NCBI GenBank assembly: GCA_003971905.1
Contig: RSEE01000016.1
Location: 620,001-684,000 of the forward strand
Length of the DNA stretch: 64,000 nucleotides
Reading direction: 5' to 3'
Origin: Moniliella sp. 'wahieum'
Lineage: Eukaryota
Position 1 is the stretch's first letter, and each line of letters opens with the position of its first letter. The position numbers and the translations under genes are program-made. The notes under the pieces were generated by a model. That model did no database searches. It was not told the DNA's origin and saw nothing but the letters and a program-made list of their open reading frames with translations. Positions 12,887-25,892 of this stretch are shown one piece after another.

Positions 12887-13800
12887 CCGCTGTCCAGCAC
12901 CCCTTTGCCCCCTCCTTGTCCCCCTTCTCCGGCTGCGCGGCTGGTCGCTTTAAGCGCCCGAATGCTCGCCACGGCGGTCACAGCTATTTAACTCCTGCCG
13001 CCCACCGGGGAGGAGCAAGAGCAGGGAATGGTACCATCCCCGGGCTGGAAAGGGACTGGGAAGCCGGATGGCCATCGTCTGCCATCGACTGGAGAAGAAT
13101 GTGCCTCCACCCTCTTCTCTTAACCCCCCCCCCAACCTCTTCCTCTTCTGTCCCATCCCATTACCCGCGCATTTTCGCTCAGATCTGGTCCAGGAGCTTC
13201 TTACCTTATCCTTTCTCCCCTCCCTTCCCACCTTGGCTCCATCTCTGTCAACGTGATTGTCACGCTGCTTTTTTGTCCCTCGCCTCCCTCCTTGCCCCCG
13301 CTCCCGCTCCCGCTCCCCTCTGTCCCCTTCTGCTCCTGCCTCATAACTGGTGTATCTGTGTGGACGCACGAATTGCCATGACACGCCTCGGTATAATAGG
13401 TGTGGAGCCGCGCTCCTGCTTGCTGCACTCTCGCTCGGTGGAGGGGGCAGGGCTGATCAGCCGACGAACCACGTAGGCTGCCGCCCTCTTACCTCAGTGC
13501 GGGCCAGACAGATAGGCAGGGACGGGTGCTCGGGAGAAGAAGCCGCAGTGGCCACTCGGTTGCTGTGGGCCGACGCGCCAACGGCTGCGCCACGCATCGC
13601 CCAATCACCCAGCTGGCCGTCCTCCCCCCGCGCAGGGCACGGGGGCAGTGATCTTGGCGGCGGGCGGGCGTGCTGGCTCCCACTGCTGAGCCACCCGAAT
13701 CACCAATCACCAATCACCGCCCACACCTGCCCATCCATCCTCCTGCGCTCAGGCCATCGTCCCTCCCGCCTCCATCGCCCGTCCGCTGTCGCCGGCCACC

Positions 13801-16800
13801 ATGCAGGCGCTGCGCGACCTCGTCATCTTCGTCACCGGCGGCCTCACCTTCCTTCCCATCTGCCTCGCCGTCGCCTGGCTCGTCCATGTCCTCCTCTCCC
13901 CTCTCCCGCCCGACCCGGGGCCGAGTGGGCCGACGACCAAGACGCCCCGCCCGCGCCCGCCCCGCCCTGCCCGTGCGCGACGCCCAGCCAACGCGTGACC
14001 CCGACTGGTACCTCACCGCCCGCACCGTCCTTGCGGACCTGGCGCAGCACCGTCCGCCTCAGCGCGGCCAGCCCCACGTCGCTCGTGCGGGCTGGGTGCT
14101 GATCCGCCGCCAGTACATGGCGCCCGCCGTCAGCGAGTTGCGTCTCCAGCCCCATTCGTCTTCCCTCGCACCTTCCCCTCCGCCTACGCCTGACCATAGT
14201 CGTGTGAGCGTAGTGGGTGCCCCCTGGCACCGCGATGCGACGCTGGCTGTGCTGCGCGGGTCGATGCTCTATCTGTTTGCGCCTGCGCAGCAGGACGACT
14301 TGCCCGTCTCGGCGTACGTGACGCCCAAGCAAGCCCAAGCGCCGCTGGTGGACTCGCTGATACCCGTCGCCGCGTTGGACCTCCGGTTTGTGCTGATCGG
14401 CTTGCACACCGTGTACGGCGAGGCGCAAGATCCCAGCGAACATATTCGGGAGGGCGTTCTGTACAAACGCAAGAATGCTGTCCAGCTGCGCACGCACACG
14501 CAGGCGTTGGGAGTGTACACGGCCCCGCGCAAAGTGTCGGGTGCGGCTGCCGGCTCCTCGGCCTACTCGTTTGCTTCTCTCTTGGCGTCGTCGGGCGCCT
14601 CGTTGGATGGTATGGGTGCCGCACCAGGCGCGCCGTCCAAGGCGGTCAAAGCGTTTCTGTTTTGTCCCTCGGCGCCGGCGCTGGAAGATTGGTATACGGG
14701 GATTTACCTTGCGTCGCAGTTGCCCCTAGATGCACTCAGTGGCTTGCGTCTTCCCATCTCGCCGTCGGAGCTGGATGCGCAGATGGATGCTGAGGATCCA
14801 GCCTGCGCTGCGCTCAACGTCTTGGTCGCCCGACTGTACCGCTCCATTGCACCTACTGCCGCCGCCGAGGCAGGCTTGATTGACAAGATGATGCGCAAGA
14901 TCGCCCTGGCGCGCTTGCCTGCGATGCTGACGGACGTGCAGGTACAGTCGGTCAACTTGGGCTCCTCGCCCCCCCGGCTGAGCAACTTGCGGATTGTTCC
15001 GCCCGAGGAGCGCCGGGTAGCGGAAGCGCCGCTGTTCAAGGGGCTCAGCGCGTCGTCCGAAGCCGAAGATGCGGATGCCGCGTGCATTGAGATGGCGTTG
15101 GTGTTTGATGGCAATGTGCACATGAGCGCGTCGGCAAAGTTGGTCTTGTCCAATGGGTTTCGTTTAGCTCCTTTTCGCTCGGCAAACAGAAATCCGCGGC
15201 GAACGGCGCTTCGTTGAGTACTGAGGAGGAACGGAAGGCCAATGAAAAGAAGGAGCAGGCCAAGAAGGGCAAAGACAAAAAGGGAGGCTACAAAGTCAAC
15301 CTGATGATGGACATTGAGTTTACCCGGATTGCAGGGACGATGCGGTTGCTGGTCAAGCCGCCGTCGTCGGACCGGGTGTGGTTTGCGTTTGTCGAGCCGC
15401 CCGAATTGGGACTCAAAGTCACGCCGATTGTCAGCTCGCGCCAGGTCGGGTGGCAGCCAGCGCTGGACCTCATCGACTCGAAAATCCGTGAGGCCGTACG
15501 TTGTCCCCCCCCCCGCCCTCTGCCTTGTTGTTGTTGCTTGCGCTACGATGACTGACTGACCTTGCTTGCTGGCTCCTCGTGCGGACTCACTCGGACAGTT
15601 TGTCGATTCCATCGTCCTGCCCCAAATGTCGGACATTGCGTTTGCCAACACCCAGGGGCTGCTGCAGCGCGGCGGCTTGTTTGCCGATGCGGCGCGACCG
15701 GGCGCAGCCAAATCGATGTGGTCCGCAAGATGGCCAAGACGGCTGCTGCGCATGCGGCGCTCCGATCGGGCGCGGACCAGCACCACCACAGCAAAGCATG
15801 GTTGGCGCGAAACCGCTTTTCTTCTTCATCGGGGGGTACCGACGATGCCAAGACACCCGAAGGCAGTAGTGTCCCTGCCTCCATCGCTTCTTCGGCCGAG
15901 ACAGGTTCAGCCTCTACCTCGGTCACCGCGCGTGGAATTGGAGACGCAGTGCAGGAGGTTCGGTCGCGGCGCAAGACCAAGTTGGCCCAGGCCAAACAGG
16001 CGTGGACCGATGCAGCCAAAAACCACCCTTTCTCCGCCGTACGCCCAAGCCTGCCGCCAAGACCAACATGACGGCCGCTGTCGCGGCTGCCTCTGCGGCG
16101 GGCGTTGGCAGGGCGGGGGGACTGGGTCGAGCCTCAGAAGCGAGTGAGTCGGCACAGGTGCCAGCCAGGACCGATGGGGATGCCAAGGTGGCCAGTGCGC
16201 CTCAGGTTGCGACCAAGGATGAATCGTCTGCCTCCCTCGCCTCGGGTGTGCAAGGGAAAGGAGGAAGTGGAGGAGGAAGAGGGTGGGACGATGTGGAGCA
16301 TGACATCCCCGTTCGCGGAGCCGAATCGTCGTCAACTCACTTCGGTAGCCGGCCTAGTTCGGACGATTTAGATGCGGCTCTGGGCTCTGCCTCACGGGCG
16401 TCGACTCACTCGGATGCTCGTCCTAGCGTCGAGATCACCGAGGCGGCATCGCTGCCTGTGCGCTCGAGCATTCCCGAAAGCGCCAGCGCAGGGAGTGGGT
16501 TCGATGTGCCTTCTACTCCTGCTGCCTCTGCCAGCGAAGACACGCCCCCGCGGAGGCAGCTCCCACGTTTAAAGAACGGTGGGAACGGGCCAAGGTGGCC
16601 GCCGCCACCGATCGGCGCCACGCCGAGGTGGCCGCCTCCCATGCTCGCAACGCGGTCAAACAGCGCTGGTCGTTTCCAGGAAAAACGTGCCCAGCAAAAG
16701 GCGGAGCAGCAGTGGGAGCAGCAGCTCCTCGCCCAGGCCGAAGAAGAACGCTTGGCGCGCTTCCTCAATGCGGGCCAGGACGCTACCCCTCGCGCCCACG

Positions 16801-17809
16801 ATGCGCCTCCGTCGCTTCCGACTCGGCCTCGGCTGCCTCCACGCCGCCGCCTCCGCTTCCGCCACCGCCGCCGCTTCCTTCGCGCAGTGCGCCTTCGGGG
16901 CCCGTCGAGCACGCCCTGCCGCCACCACCCCTTCCCTCTCGTCCTGCTCCGCCGCCCTGCCAAGCCGGGGCGAAAACCAGTTGGCCCTCCACCTCCCGTA
17001 CCAACTCGGCCGCACCCAGTAGAGAGCACAGGCACCGAGGTATCGCCTACGGCGGAGGAAAGGGAGAGAAGAGACGGTGCCGCTGGGGGGCTCACCCTTC
17101 ACCCCAACCTTCCCCTCGCCCTCATCTCCATATTCCTCCGGCTCCTGCATTCCATGCCCCGCCGCATCGCCAGCCCCCTCTCCCCTCGGCACCTACGCCT
17201 CCCACCCACCCAGACCTGGCTCCAGCGACTGCCGAGCTGGCTTCGCCCCCCCTTGTTGGGGAACCCAGTGCAACCCTCTGCCCCCGCTGTGGCCGCCGGG
17301 CAGTGACCGCACCCACGGTTGCCCCGGAGCCCATTGCTGCGCCCGAGCCGTTCCAGCTCCCGAGCCGTTCCTGCTCCTGAGCCCGTTCCTGCTCCTGAGC
17401 CCGTTCCAGCTCCCGAGCCGTTCCAGCTCTGAGCCCATTACTGCTCCTGAACCCATTGCTGCTCCGAGCCCATTACTGCTCCGGACCCTATTGTGCTCCC
17501 GAACCCATTGCGGCGCCCATGCCCACCGCAGCTCCTAGGGTCATGCAGTTCGGAGCATGTGCCAGGGCTGGCGTCAGTCGCTGCAGCCCAGCCGGGCCCC
17601 AGTCCTGAACCTGTGGCGACCAACCCGCACACACTGTCCTCTGCCCCGGCCCCGGTTGAGGCCCCCGAACTGGCGGCAAGGCCGGACCTAGGAGAGACCA
17701 CCCAACACATCACCAAGCCTATTGAGATTGATGCCAATTCACCCGAGAGTGACACCAAGCCCTTTGAGAGTGATGCCTTTGGAGCCACGAAAGCTTCCGA
17801 TATCGCCTG
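13801..17809 (+). CDS. NVJ2: Nvj2-like protein (N-terminal TM, PH-like domain, SMP lipid-transfer domain, Pro-rich tail); intron 15496-15598
   Basis: N-terminal TM VIFVTGGLTFLPICLAVAW; PH-like AVLRGSMLYLF...LEDWYTGI; SMP-like ALNVLVARLY...LPAMLTDVQVQSVNLGSSPP and GTMRLLVKPPSSDRVWFAFVEPP...PIVSSRQ...IREA|FVDSIVLPQM. The low-complexity tail has many frameshifts, so the end is approximate. Confidence 0.8.
17327..17518 (+). repeat. About 11 tandem 18-nt units encoding EP(V/I)xAP in the Nvj2-like tail
   Basis: GAGCCC(G/A)TT(C/G/A)C(T/A)GCTCC(T/C) units. Several are 1 nt short, consistent with sequencing deletions. Confidence 0.85.
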
Positions 17810-18059
17810 ACCGACGCGGCTTTTGGGAAGCATTCATCACCAAACCCAAGAGGAATGCCTCAATGCTTCACAAACATCTACCTTACCTGGTGATATATGA
17901 TATCCCTACTGCCTCCAAGTTATGTTAGTGCCCCCCCACGCCCCTGCACCGATTCCGAGGGCGGGCAGAGACGTTTGATTCGTACTGTGAGCTAGCTGTT
18001 ACCAGAATGAGGATACTCAGCTTGTTCATACGTGGTAGTCACATAGAGCAAGGCACGAC

Positions 18060-19204
18060 TTATGCCTCGGCCTGAGCTGGGCCGCCTGCTTGGCCAGAGC
18101 CCTAGCAGCGATTTCCTTTTTGATCGCTTCCGTCGCCTGCTGCTGAGCTTCCTTTTCGGCCTGGACAGCCGCCCTGTACTCCTCTACTTGACGAGCGCGC
18201 GGGCTGGGTCAAAGCTGCCAGGAATGTCCAGCTGGAAGCCCGGGGCACCAGCGAAAGTAAGTGTGACGTTCTTGAACTTGTCAGCAAACTTGCGCAGCGC
18301 CGTAGCGCGCACGGCAGGGTTGTTATCAAACGCCGTCACCAACGCCTGGCCATTGACCACGGTGGTCGCGATTTTCGAAGCGCCCACCTGCTGCTCGATG
18401 GCGAGGAGAACGGCCAAAATGTTGGTCCGCATCTCGTCAAACGTGTAGTGAGCCGGCCCGGGGTGACCGGCACATTGCCCACTCGGTCCGTGCGCCAGTC
18501 CATCGCGCCCTGGGCCGCCTCGATGGCCGGTTTGAGCTGCTCCGGGTCTTCGAGCGCGGTGCCACGACGCAAGTTGGGCATGAGACCCTTGGGACCGAGG
18601 AAGCGAGCGAGCTGCTTTTGATGGCAGGCAAGGCGTGCGTGTCGGACAACACTTTGGTGTAGCCCGACACTTCGCCCGACAGCACCCGACGGAACAGGTC
18701 GGGGGTGACAATCGTGATGAGCCCCGGCGGCATGGCATCGCGCAGCTTGATCGCCTCCTTTCCGACGGGGAAATCGGTGTGGGCAAGAATCAGGAACTTC
18801 TCCGTGGTCTGGCGTGGGTCCTTGGGCAAGGTCATCTGGCCACGCAGCACATTGAGCTCGTGCGGGGAAGAAGACTTGGTACCGACATCCAACTTGTACG
18901 ACAGGGCGACGACACGCCATACGCCCACAATGCACGCCACGCCACCTCCAGCGGCACACGGTTGTCCGCCTTGGGCATGTTGGGCGTGCCCTGCTTGGCG
19001 AGCTTGCGCTGCTTGCGACTGATCCGGCTCTGGGCCCGCGATTTGGCCACCACGGCCGACGTGCTCAGCGCACGGACGGCGAGCGCGCCGGCAAGCGCAG
19101 GCATTGGACGGACAGCGGCAGCTACAGGTACGGGGCAGCGAACACGCATCGCCACACGGGCACGACGAGCGGGCCATGCTGGCCAGCGAGGGGAGCGCCG
19201 GCAT
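18060..19204 (-). CDS. MRPL1: Mitochondrial ribosomal protein uL1m
   Basis: Arg/Ala-rich presequence (MPALPSLASMAR...VRALSTSAV), LRGQMTLPKDPR, and RFLGPKGLMPNLRRGT (Ribosomal_L1 signature), followed by WRTDRVGNV. Multiple frameshifts. Confidence 0.8.
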
Positions 19205-19785
19205 GGTCAGCGGGGATGGGCCGGGCGACAGGGACAGGTGGTGTGGCAGCCAACGGCGGGGGGCGCCGTCGAGCGCATGCGAAGAAATGGCCAAGGCGCT
19301 CACGTAAGCGAAGCTCTCCGGCGGCGCGCTGCTCACGCGTCCCACCACGCACGACGCGTGATGCCGGAAGGACGCTGGATGTGCAATGTTCAAACGCAAA
19401 CACCACGGGGGGACATTTCAAAAGTGCGAGCCTTGCTGTGCGCCTCGGAACGCATGCCTTAGGATCCACAGGAGGGAGGGAGGTAAGGTTCCCTGGAGTG
19501 TACTGTAGCCATCCCGCTTGAAGATGGTACGATTGCACTCTTCACTCCCAAAGGATTACTCGTCCTGCCCCCGATCGGCGGGGACTGCCACCCACTGTGC
19601 TGTTTCTTATAAAGAAGGGGGAAAATTGAGGGGTCAATTCCTGGCATGTTTTCAGGAAAGAGGGGTTGGGAAAGGATGATGCGATCCGAGAAACATTCAT
19701 ATACTGGCATCTGACATCCGAGCAAGCAGGGGAGATACACTGAAGTTACACAGTGTCAAAGATGATGGGAGGGCAAGAACACTGC

Positions 19786-22700
19786 CTAGGTGTAAATCTT
19801 AAAAGTGAGCTTGTTGACCTCGGGACCCTCGGTCTCCTGGAACAAGTCCAGCTTCTCGAGGAAGTGGGTGGGGAAGCTGATGAGCGAGCCGCGGATGCCG
19901 GACAAGCGCTGCTTGATGTAGCTAGACGGCATTGTCGCATCCGCCACATGGCCCCGCTTCTGCGGCGGCTGGGGATAGAAGGTGTAGTACTAGTAGTAGA
20001 AACGCACAGGAAATTAAAGAGAAGAAAAAAGTTAGCACGTATGGGTTCACAAAAAGACAGATTCCAACTCACATCCTTCCAATCCAGCACTGAATCGTCC
20101 GGAACGGGGTGGAAAAGTTCGGCATAGATGGCGGTATTTTCCTGCACCTGGGCATTCCAAGTGGCGAACAACTCGTCCGATAGCGGATCAGCCACCCGTC
20201 GCTCCCATTCGTCCTCTTGTTCGTTCCCGTCTCACGCGAGGGGTCGGGGTTGGGGTGCGGAGCGGGCCGCATGGCATCCGTCGGATAGCTGGCGGCAGTG
20301 TCGGCATTGCATTCTTGCGGAGCAATCCAGCCGAGGTGCTGACGCCAGAGGAAGCGACGGAACGAGGCGGCAAACTTGGATGCCTCGTACGGCTCCCCAT
20401 CCATCGTCGATGCAAACATGTCAGAATCCTCAATCACCACCGCCACTTCCGAATCCCGATCGCCACACATGGACCGGTCGTTGATGTTTGCGGAACCGAT
20501 AATGACCCGACGGTCGTCAACGATCATCAGCTTGGAGTGGATGTAGGTCTCCTCGGTGACGTAGTTGTCCTTCTCGTCTTCCTCCCCGGCCCAGTACTCG
20601 TCGACGGTGCTGGGCTGGCCTTCGAGAATGTTGCTGGCGATCGAAGCGCGTGTTTCTGTCGGGAACGAGCGCGCTGAACTGGGACAGGACGCGGTCTGCG
20701 TCCGCAGCCGTGGGAGGGAGTGGGATCGGCTTGAGCTCCGGCGGCTTGTCTTCCTCATGGCTCTTTGCCTCGGCCTTGGCAGCAATGGCGCCCAACAACG
20801 ACCGCGGTTCTTCCGATCCCTCTTCAGCGGTGCGCTCGGGCTGCTGTGGGGACTGGTGTTCATCCTCTAGGCTCTTCTCGCGGGCCTTGGCAGCAATGGC
20901 TGCCAAGATCGACCGACGCTCTTCTGAACGTTTCGCCTTGACGTCCTCGCCGCCCCATCGGACAGCAGCTTGAACCTTTCCAACAAGGACGATTCGGGTG
21001 CAATGCGCTGCCCACGCCGACCGTTCATCTCATCCACCTCCTGCACCGAACGGATGGTGACCTCAGGATGGTCCTTGTACCACGACGCCGAGTCTTGCGG
21101 TAAATCGCCCAGACACTGTCTCGCATACGATGCCTCCATTTCCCACGTACGACACGCCACTTTCCTGCTCGGCACGTGCAATGCTGGGGCCATCGTAGAG
21201 AATTCGGTCCATAGCACGCAGGTTGTAGAAGGAGATATAGTCCTCGGGGTTGACACCGGCCTGCTGCAGCAGCCCAAAGATGGACGTGGGCCACGGCAGA
21301 TGCTACGGTACTGGTACGCCATGATCGCCAGCAGTCCGTCCGCCTTGTCCAAGTCGCCGGCAAAGCAAGGAATGCAAGGAATGCAGATCATCACGGACTT
21401 GGTTCCCTCCCTGGCAGCACGGAGGATGCGGTGAACCAATGCTTGGCCCAGCTGGTTTTCAATTTCTTTCCTCGGGCGAGGTGGCAGTGATGAAGAATTG
21501 GTTTTCAATGTAAATGCAATGCTCGGCTTCCTCGATCAATTTGCAGTAGGCCGTCTGGATGGAGCATTCCTTTAGAATGCCCGAGCTCCAATCCGCCGAC
21601 GAACGCACCATTTGGATCTTGCACGTTCCATTCGAAGGCCAAGGCGCATGGGGCGTCTGATACGGCACCCGGCTCGGCGAAAAGGGGTGCAAAAACTTTT
21701 CGCCCACCTCCTCCCACTGGGGTGAGCGGATGGGCTCGCACCTCGGGGTACGCCGCCTCTACATCCTCCACCCGCAACGCGCCGTGGGGCAAGGCGAGCT
21801 GGGTATACTTGCTGTCGTCCTTGTACTCCGGGGTGGTGGTGAGGACAAAGTTCCACCGCTCCACCACGTGCCGCGCCATATCCAGCGCGACCGGGCCAAC
21901 GATGGTGACGTGCACATCGTGCCACGGCATGCGCGGCACGGTCAAGCGGCTCTGGTTGTTGCTCAAATAGTCGGTCACGTTTTGGAAATCTTCAATGCGC
22001 GAATTGTTGTAGTCTTGGCCGGGGAAGAGCGTGCGTTGCATGTCGGACGGATGCACGTCGGCCAACGGGTGCGAGTGCGTGTCCCACCGTCCAAAACACA
22101 GATCCAACCCGCCACACAGACCGCATGGTTGTCCACCAACACTACTTTCTGTCCATGATACGCACAGCACGATGGGAAATGGTAAGTCTCATCCGTCGCA
22201 CACCACTTTTCCTCTTCCTCTTCCTCTTCTCTTTTTCTCCTTTCTCCGTTCTTCCCCACAGCAACCACGGAAGCCAAGGTACATACCTCGTGGTGCGACC
22301 AAAAGAGCGTAGTGGAAGCAATGTGGTCCGGGTGGCGCAGGGCCTGCATGTTGGGGTGGAGGCTGTTAAGATAGTCGACAGTGTGGCGGGAACTGTTGGA
22401 GGCCGTCTGGGTAACTTCCTCGTAGACAATGATGCGGATCTTGACGCCGGCCTCGGCCTTGCGCTGCAAAAGCCGGTCCAGACGGTACTCGGGATAGAGT
22501 GCCGGCGGGCGGCGCAGATATACTATACCAAAGAAATAAGGAGAAGAAGGGTCAGTTGCGTTCCATATCCTCGCAAAAGAAAAGGCGCATTAGGGGAGAG
22601 AGAGAGATGAACGAAAACTGCATACGCTCGGGGGAAAGCCACCAGTCAAAGATGACAATCACGTCCTGGGCATTCTCTAGGATTTCGGACACGGCCCAAA

Positions 22701-22940
22701 AGTAGTCGTGGCCGTCGGAGTACCATTTGGCCTGGTTGTGGTGGCGCTCGGGCGCAAAGGACTGGAAGCGATGGGAAAGTTTGATGGCCTGGAGGCGTGC
22801 GTCGGCAGCCTGCTCCTTGCTGCTGTCGTGGCGGCTGTCGGGATTGAGCAGTGCGGTCGCTCCGCTGGTCAGGCGCTCGACGTTGGCGGCGATGGGCTGG
22901 GGTCGAGCTGGTGGGCGATGGTGTTGAACAGCTGGGACAT
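19786..22940 (-). CDS. Phospholipase D (two HKD motifs, no evident PX/PH N-terminus); at least 3 introns
   Basis: AKWYSDGHDYFWAVSEILENA, IFDWWLSPE, FWSHHE|KVVLVD (HxKxxxxD), GGLDLCFGRWDT, PRMPWHDVH, IYIENQFFIT and YIHSKLMIVDDRRVIIGSANINDRSM. Confidence 0.93.
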
Positions 22941-24297
22941 GGTGGCGGAGGGGGAGAGAGTAGGGTGGTGTGTAGAGAGGGGGGGGGGGGCAGAGAGGGT
23001 GTGGGGCAGCACAAAGGGGGGTTATGAGCAGGCGAGGCGGAATGAGCGTGCGCTTGCCAGGGGCTCTCTGTGCGAGTACACTTTGGGGTTGTATATAGTG
23101 GTCGTATATGCGGCGGCTGCTTCCCTGGCCTGTGCCGGCGAGGCGCTGCAGGGTGCACCGTGCATGTCGCCTGCAAGGGGCGGCCGCGGGCAGAGACACA
23201 CTGGCGTGCTGCCTCCGCAGGCGGCGCTGGCCGCCTGCTGCCCCGGCACTGCGCCCCTCTTGGCTGGTTGGCTGCCACGGAGCGAAAGCTACTGAGGGAG
23301 TGGGCTGTATATACGCAGCCGATACGCGACAGGGCTACATGCGGCTGCAGGGGAAGCCCCCTTGGTGGCCAGAGCCTGTCCCGCTCGTCTGTCCCTCTGG
23401 TTACGTCCCCTTGGTCTGCACTGCGTTGTTTTGAGCCTCAGGCCTCAGGAGATTCATCTCACCCCATGTCGTCTGTCCATGTTCCCCACACCCTGCTGGT
23501 GGATCCGATCATTCTTAACTGTTGCCAAACGTGTCCAATACCGAGTGGGCATCTCCGCACTCCGCACTACAGCTGACGTGCTCTTGCCGCCAAAAAACCC
23601 AAAGACCGACGCTTGCCATGCGATTAGGTCGAGATGACACTGATGAAACAAATATATCCGAGGGTCCCCAGTAACTCTCTGGCGCAAACGCAAAACAATT
23701 AATTGGTCCAATAAGACCGAAGGAGTTTTCGATTGGTACACCTTTCAATGGACTTTGAGTACGTGTTTTTGTTTTGACGTAGTGTTGGCTGTGGGATTAC
23801 GACGAGGAGAGGGGACGATGGCCCCTGTCGTAGTACATTTTGGCCACTGTGATTCAAAAGTTGAAGCAACAGAAGGCCATGACCACCTTTTCTCCTTATG
23901 TCGGCCGTGTCATTCCGTCATATTAGCTAGTAGCACGATCGAGTTCGGCCCATCAATACCTGTAGCAGTGGCGTCCCACTTGTCCTATCCTTGTGCCTCT
24001 GCGTTCCCGGTGACCAGTGAGGCGGTGAGGTCACGTGTAGCTCAGCGTGTGCGCGTGTGGATGAGGATTGAAATGAAATGACCGCCCCGGGCAGAACCCT
24101 AGCGTTGCGCTCCAATTGTCACATGTGGGATGCGGGGGGCGCCGCCCCCAACTGACGCCGTGCGGGCGCTGCGCCCATTAATAATGGAGCCGCGCAGGGT
24201 AGGATGGCCAGGCCGCCACCACGCTACGCTGCCGCCTGCCTTCTCCCTCTGCCGGCCTGCTCCCGCTTCTGCCACCACCGCATCTGCCGCTTGGGCC

Positions 24298-25309
24298 ATG
24301 GTCTTGCGCTTGTCCCTTCTGTTGCCCTCCGGCACGGCGCGCTCGCCCAGTCGTGTTGCTTCCGCGCATGGCCTACGCCCCGGCGCGTCTCCCGCTTCCC
24401 TTGGCCTCCCTCCACACCTCCTCCTCCACTCCCGCCCAGGTGCACGAGCCGCCAGCGACCGAGGGCCGCGACATCCACGACAACCACGTATGGGATGCGA
24501 TCCAGCGGCAGGAAGCCGAGAACCCGCATGATCCAGCCGACAACCCGATTTGGAAGCAGGACAAGGAACTCGTCGATGCGACGGTGGTGCTGCAAGAGAG
24601 TGGGACGAGCATGTGACCAGTGTTCACCGCCAAACTCGTTTCTTTGCCGGCGAGGATCTTAGCGGCCAACCCAAAGCTGTCCGTGGGGGCATCCCAGGCT
24701 TTGTCTACCCTTCGCAAGACCCGGAGAACCCCGAGCCTCTCGGCCCGACTGGGCCAACAAGCCCTCGATGTCAGAGCGCTTGTTAAGCACGCGTTCCTCA
24801 CGGAAATTGCGCGGGGTATGCTGGTTGTCTTGGCCAACTTTTTCCGTCCGCCGTACACCATCATGTACCCGTACGAAAAGGGTCCGTTGAGCCCTCGCTT
24901 CCGCGGTGAACACGCCCTGCGGCGCTACCCTACCGGCGAAGAGCGATGCATTGCCTGCAAGCTCTGCGAGGCCATCTGCCCAGCCCAGGCCATTACATTG
25001 AATCGGAGGCGTGCCGATGGGGCAAGGCGTACTACCAAGTACGACATTGACATGACCAAGTGCATCTACTGTGGCTTTTGCCAGGAGGCGTGCCCGGTGG
25101 ACGCGATTGTCGAGAGCAAAAACGCCGAGTTCTCGACCGAAACGCGCGAGGAGCTCATGTACAACAAGGAGAAAACTCTTGGCTAATGGCGACCGTGGGA
25201 GTCCGAATATGCTACCAACCTCAAGCAGGTACGCCCTTCCCTCACATGCGGATTGAGACTGGAACTAATCACTTCTCTACTGCTCTTACAGGACCACCTG
25301 TATCGTTGA
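24298..25309 (+). CDS. NDUFS8: NADH:ubiquinone oxidoreductase 23 kDa (TYKY) Fe-S subunit; intron 25229-25291
   Basis: [39 protein letters not shown] and [23 protein letters not shown] (two 4Fe-4S motifs), a mitochondrial presequence, and last exon DHLYR*. Confidence 0.96.
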
Positions 25310-25892
25310 TAGGCATCGCTTCCTTTGTGCAATGATTACATTCTGCGCTCTCCGGTACTGGCGTTGATATATGGCAGGATGGGGCATAACATGTTCCGGC
25401 ACTTGGGGGGCAGCCGGCGCAAGGAGAGAGGAGCGAGCTTGAGAAAAATGAAGGGTGGAGACCTTGACGGGTGAATGAGGTTGAAGGTTGAATGGACGTG
25501 AAGTGGTGGCGATGGTGCTTGGGACCATACCCCCCGAGCTTCGTCTGCTTTACTCATCGTCACTGGCGCTAACGTCAACGCCGCTTGCGCGTGACTATTG
25601 ACTGCGTACAAAGTGGCTAGCGGCCAAGCTGTCTTCAAGCTTCACGCGTCACGCTTCAAACTTGGAGCTTCCAGCTTCAAGTTGAAGCTGCTTGGCTGTT
25701 AAATGATACGCTAGGGTTACGAATATACTGCCCTCGTGCTGGATGGGGTTCATCCATTTCAAAAATCAGGGTTGCGCATCTACCTTCTGCGCGCGCCCAA
25801 ACAGCTCCTGCCGAACAATCACAACGGGAAACCACAACACGGCCACAGCCACACCACCATCTCCTCCGTGCTCGTCTTCGTCTCTGGCGGCC

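Noticed and set aside
23640..23660. CTGATGA followed by GAAAC as a hammerhead ribozyme core
   Set aside because: There is no stem II between the motifs and no compatible stems I/III.
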